64,000 nucleotides of DNA from Yuukianura sp. NJ FZ-2021 (Eukaryota). How positions within the stretch are numbered: the first letter of the stretch is position 1; the number at the start of each line of letters is the position of its first letter. Both the position numbers and the translations under genes were made by a program. Location of the stretch: the NCBI GenBank assembly GCA_046563655.1, contig CM102283.1, positions 5,456,001 through 5,520,000 of the forward strand, read 5' to 3'. Below are positions 61,567 to 64,000 of this stretch, piece after piece. The notes below the pieces were generated by a model. The model did no database searches. It worked only from the letters and a program-made list of their open reading frames with translations, and was not told the origin of the DNA.

Positions 61567-62449
61567 CCTGTCAGTAGCTCAATTCAAAAATTGCTCCACG
61601 CATAACACAATTCCCAGGGTTCATTTTGGTCCAGACTTCGCAGTTCGCAGCATTTCAATAGTAAGTCCTGATGTAAAATGGTATTCGACGATGATGTTCA
61701 TCTTTAACAACTGAAGAGCGATTTACCTTCACAATTCCTTACCTAGCACTACAAAAAACAAAGAACAGCAATAGTGTCACACTTCACGGAATTAAGAAAC
61801 GGTAAAAAAACGAAAATTCTACAAAGATCTAGACACTAGACAGATCAGGAAAAAAAGACACTGCACTTGCTTGCTGCAAAAATGAGTTGAAGGCCAAGAA
61901 GGATTAAGAAAGGTTGACATAAGGCTAAAGTGCATCAACTGTTATAATCCTAACATTACTTCGTCAACGTGACCCCTGACCTGTCAAGTAACCTGATGAA
62001 TGATCCTCCGTTTATCTGGTCATCCCTATCATGGTTATTTTTTGGATTGTGACCTGGTGGAGGTCACTATGATGAAGTAGGACTCTTCTAACACAACTTT
62101 ACATCGTATTGCAATTCGGTATACATGTCACCGTATACGCAGAGAAAGAACTCAGTTATTTAACTTACGTAAGCCAAGCTACTACTAATTAGATTTCTGT
62201 GAAACCATGTTAAATATTCTTTAGAAGTGTACCATTAGAATGTGTCCGCACTACTTCAATTTTTTGTTTCTAGCTGACAGATAGCGAAAGTGGATTCTCC
62301 GAACAAAACCCTATCTGTCGTGTTGGTGTGGCAAATTTAATTCCACTAATTTATTGGCTTAATTCAAGGACCTTGATTCTCAAATCCAAAAATCGATCGA
62401 TCGTAAGCTTCTTGTCGTCCAGCATTTGCGACAAGTTGGAAAGGGCAAT

Positions 62450-63070
62450 ATGCCGCTACCTTCCATATTTGGGTCAGACAAAGGAATGTATCCGGACAAA
62501 TTCCCGAAACCTCCGACATCCAGAGAAATGCTGGAAGATATTGAAGCCATGACATCTGATGATCCCATTGTTGCGTTCGCGGCTGCCCTTCTGCGAAAAG
62601 GTATTGCTATTTTGTTTGAATTCTGAATTGGATTGACGATTATAAATTCAGAATAAGACTCTACTTGTAAATTGTTTGTTGGAAAACTTGCAGGGACAGG
62701 CAACGATTCTTTATCATCCACGTCATTTGACGATATCAATGCAACGGGCTTGGATCAACTTGAAGACGAGCCACCAAATACTACCAGCAATGTCCACGAT
62801 TGGATCATCGACTCGCTGGCAGTAACCATTGCACGAGACATAAAACGAACTCATCACAGTCCTAGAAGTCCTACCAGTAGTGTATCCAAGGATCAGCTTC
62901 CTAACATGTCTGCAATTGATGATCCATCCGATACTCATTCAAGGCTAAAAGCATTTTCATCAATCTGCTCCAAAGGTGAAGAGCTAATCGGAAATGTCGA
63001 AGTACGACTAAGAGACATGGAACTCCACTGTCAGTCTGTGATAAAGGACGACAATCCACAAATAAACTAA
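62450..63070 (+). CDS. UPF0449 / C19orf25-like small protein (2 exons)
   Basis: FPKPPTSREMLEDIEAMTSDDPIV resembles the family motif P.RP.PPT.EQILED....DPVF. Phase-1 intron 62601-62693; C-terminal coiled coil. Confidence 0.6.
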
Positions 63071-63509
63071 GGAAATTGCCATTTTGTAAATCATTTTAAT
63101 ACGATATAATCATTTATACTTTGCTCTCACAATTAAAATATAATAGTTATATAGTTTGTATATCTTCATTTTATATAATTTCTTAACTCTGGGAATCAGG
63201 CAAATTGAACATAAGAAATGAAAATGAAGACTCCCTTGTGTGGTCATTGTCTTAACAAAAAAAAACAACAAACAGAAACCTTGTCAAAATATAGTTAAAT
63301 ATTTCATTCTCGTAGTAAATATTTAACGATCAGAGATTTTCAATAAGTTTCTCAAAGACCATTTTTCTCATGCTTAAATCAGAATTAGCCTTCTAAATTG
63401 ATGCAATATCACATTTATGTACATTTAACGTAACGTAGTGTAGACCAGAAGTAAGGGCCTTCTGCCAACTGGACGACGACACTTGACCAATTACAATTCA
63501 TACTTGACC

Positions 63510-63873
63510 TTACTCTGGAAATGGGAAACCAATAGCATCGAAATCAGGTACTTGCGTCGTCTGCTGCTGCGCCGACGGAACATTTGACGTACGTGCACCC
63601 ACCATTGCTCTCAACTCTTGTCGCACAAAGTCACTCCCAACTTTAGAACAAAACAAACATCAATTAGTTATAATTACATAACACAATTAATTAACGATTA
63701 ATTATGTCCAAGATTAGTTAGTGTTACCTTGACCCTGTTGGATGCTTGAGCTTCCTTGACTCAAGAGGTTGTTGAGCGTAGAGTTTTGCTGCCTCATCCG
63801 GTAGTCGTACTGAGGTACTGGCCCACGATTTGATAGGACTGACTGCTGCAAACCACCGTTCCCAAAAGACGCC
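63510..63873 (-). CDS. tai: 3' exons of a Taiman/SRC-type nuclear receptor coactivator (gene continues beyond window)
   Basis: Gln-rich exon followed by SDFVRQELRAMVGART...DFDAIGFPF, matching the conserved arthropod Taiman C-terminal motif (SEYVRQELRAVVGAR). Confidence 0.65.
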
Positions 63874-64000
63874 TGCCGCAAACACACATTAGTTCAATTA
63901 ATTACAATTAACTTGTATCTACATTCTAATTCTAAACTATTGTACATTCTTTATGTATACTACATATTCTATCAGGCTATATTCCAAATATTACAAATAC

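Overview
Eukaryotic, intron-rich (mostly 55-150 bp GT-AG introns), AT-rich animal DNA. The gene set (ZAD-like zinc fingers, taiman-like, fog-like, CYP2-clan P450, TATA plus TCAGT initiator) points to an arthropod, possibly a springtail-like hexapod; the taxon is inference only. Left arm: MED24 (3' part), an AJM1-like MYND gene and MVB12. About 10.5-27.8 kb is a transposon graveyard: two MITEs with TIR and TSD, minisatellites, an OTU/BEL-Pao chimera, nested Tc1/mariner-type transposases and a nearly intact hAT-like transposase. Then come a ZAD-C2H2 gene, a P450 frameshifted by a 4-bp duplication, a fog-like secreted mucin gene and a second ZAD-C2H2 gene. The stand-out is 46.2-53.4 kb (- strand). 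By my splice reconstruction, one gene encodes a ~1,950-aa bacterial-type glycan 'assembly line': sulfotransferase, DegT/perosamine-synthase-type PLP aminotransferase, SAM methyltransferase, GT-B (GT4-like) glycosyltransferase, GT2 glycosyltransferase and GH5 glycoside hydrolase. It has an arthropod-style promoter and spliceosomal introns, and a GNAT acetyltransferase lies immediately downstream. An assembly gap inside the GT2 domain is a caveat. Right arm: CCDC32 and sepiapterin reductase 47 bp apart (possibly dicistronic), a Vav that appears to lack its C-terminal SH3, a UPF0449 gene and the 3' end of taiman. All family calls come from motif recognition by eye, not database searches.
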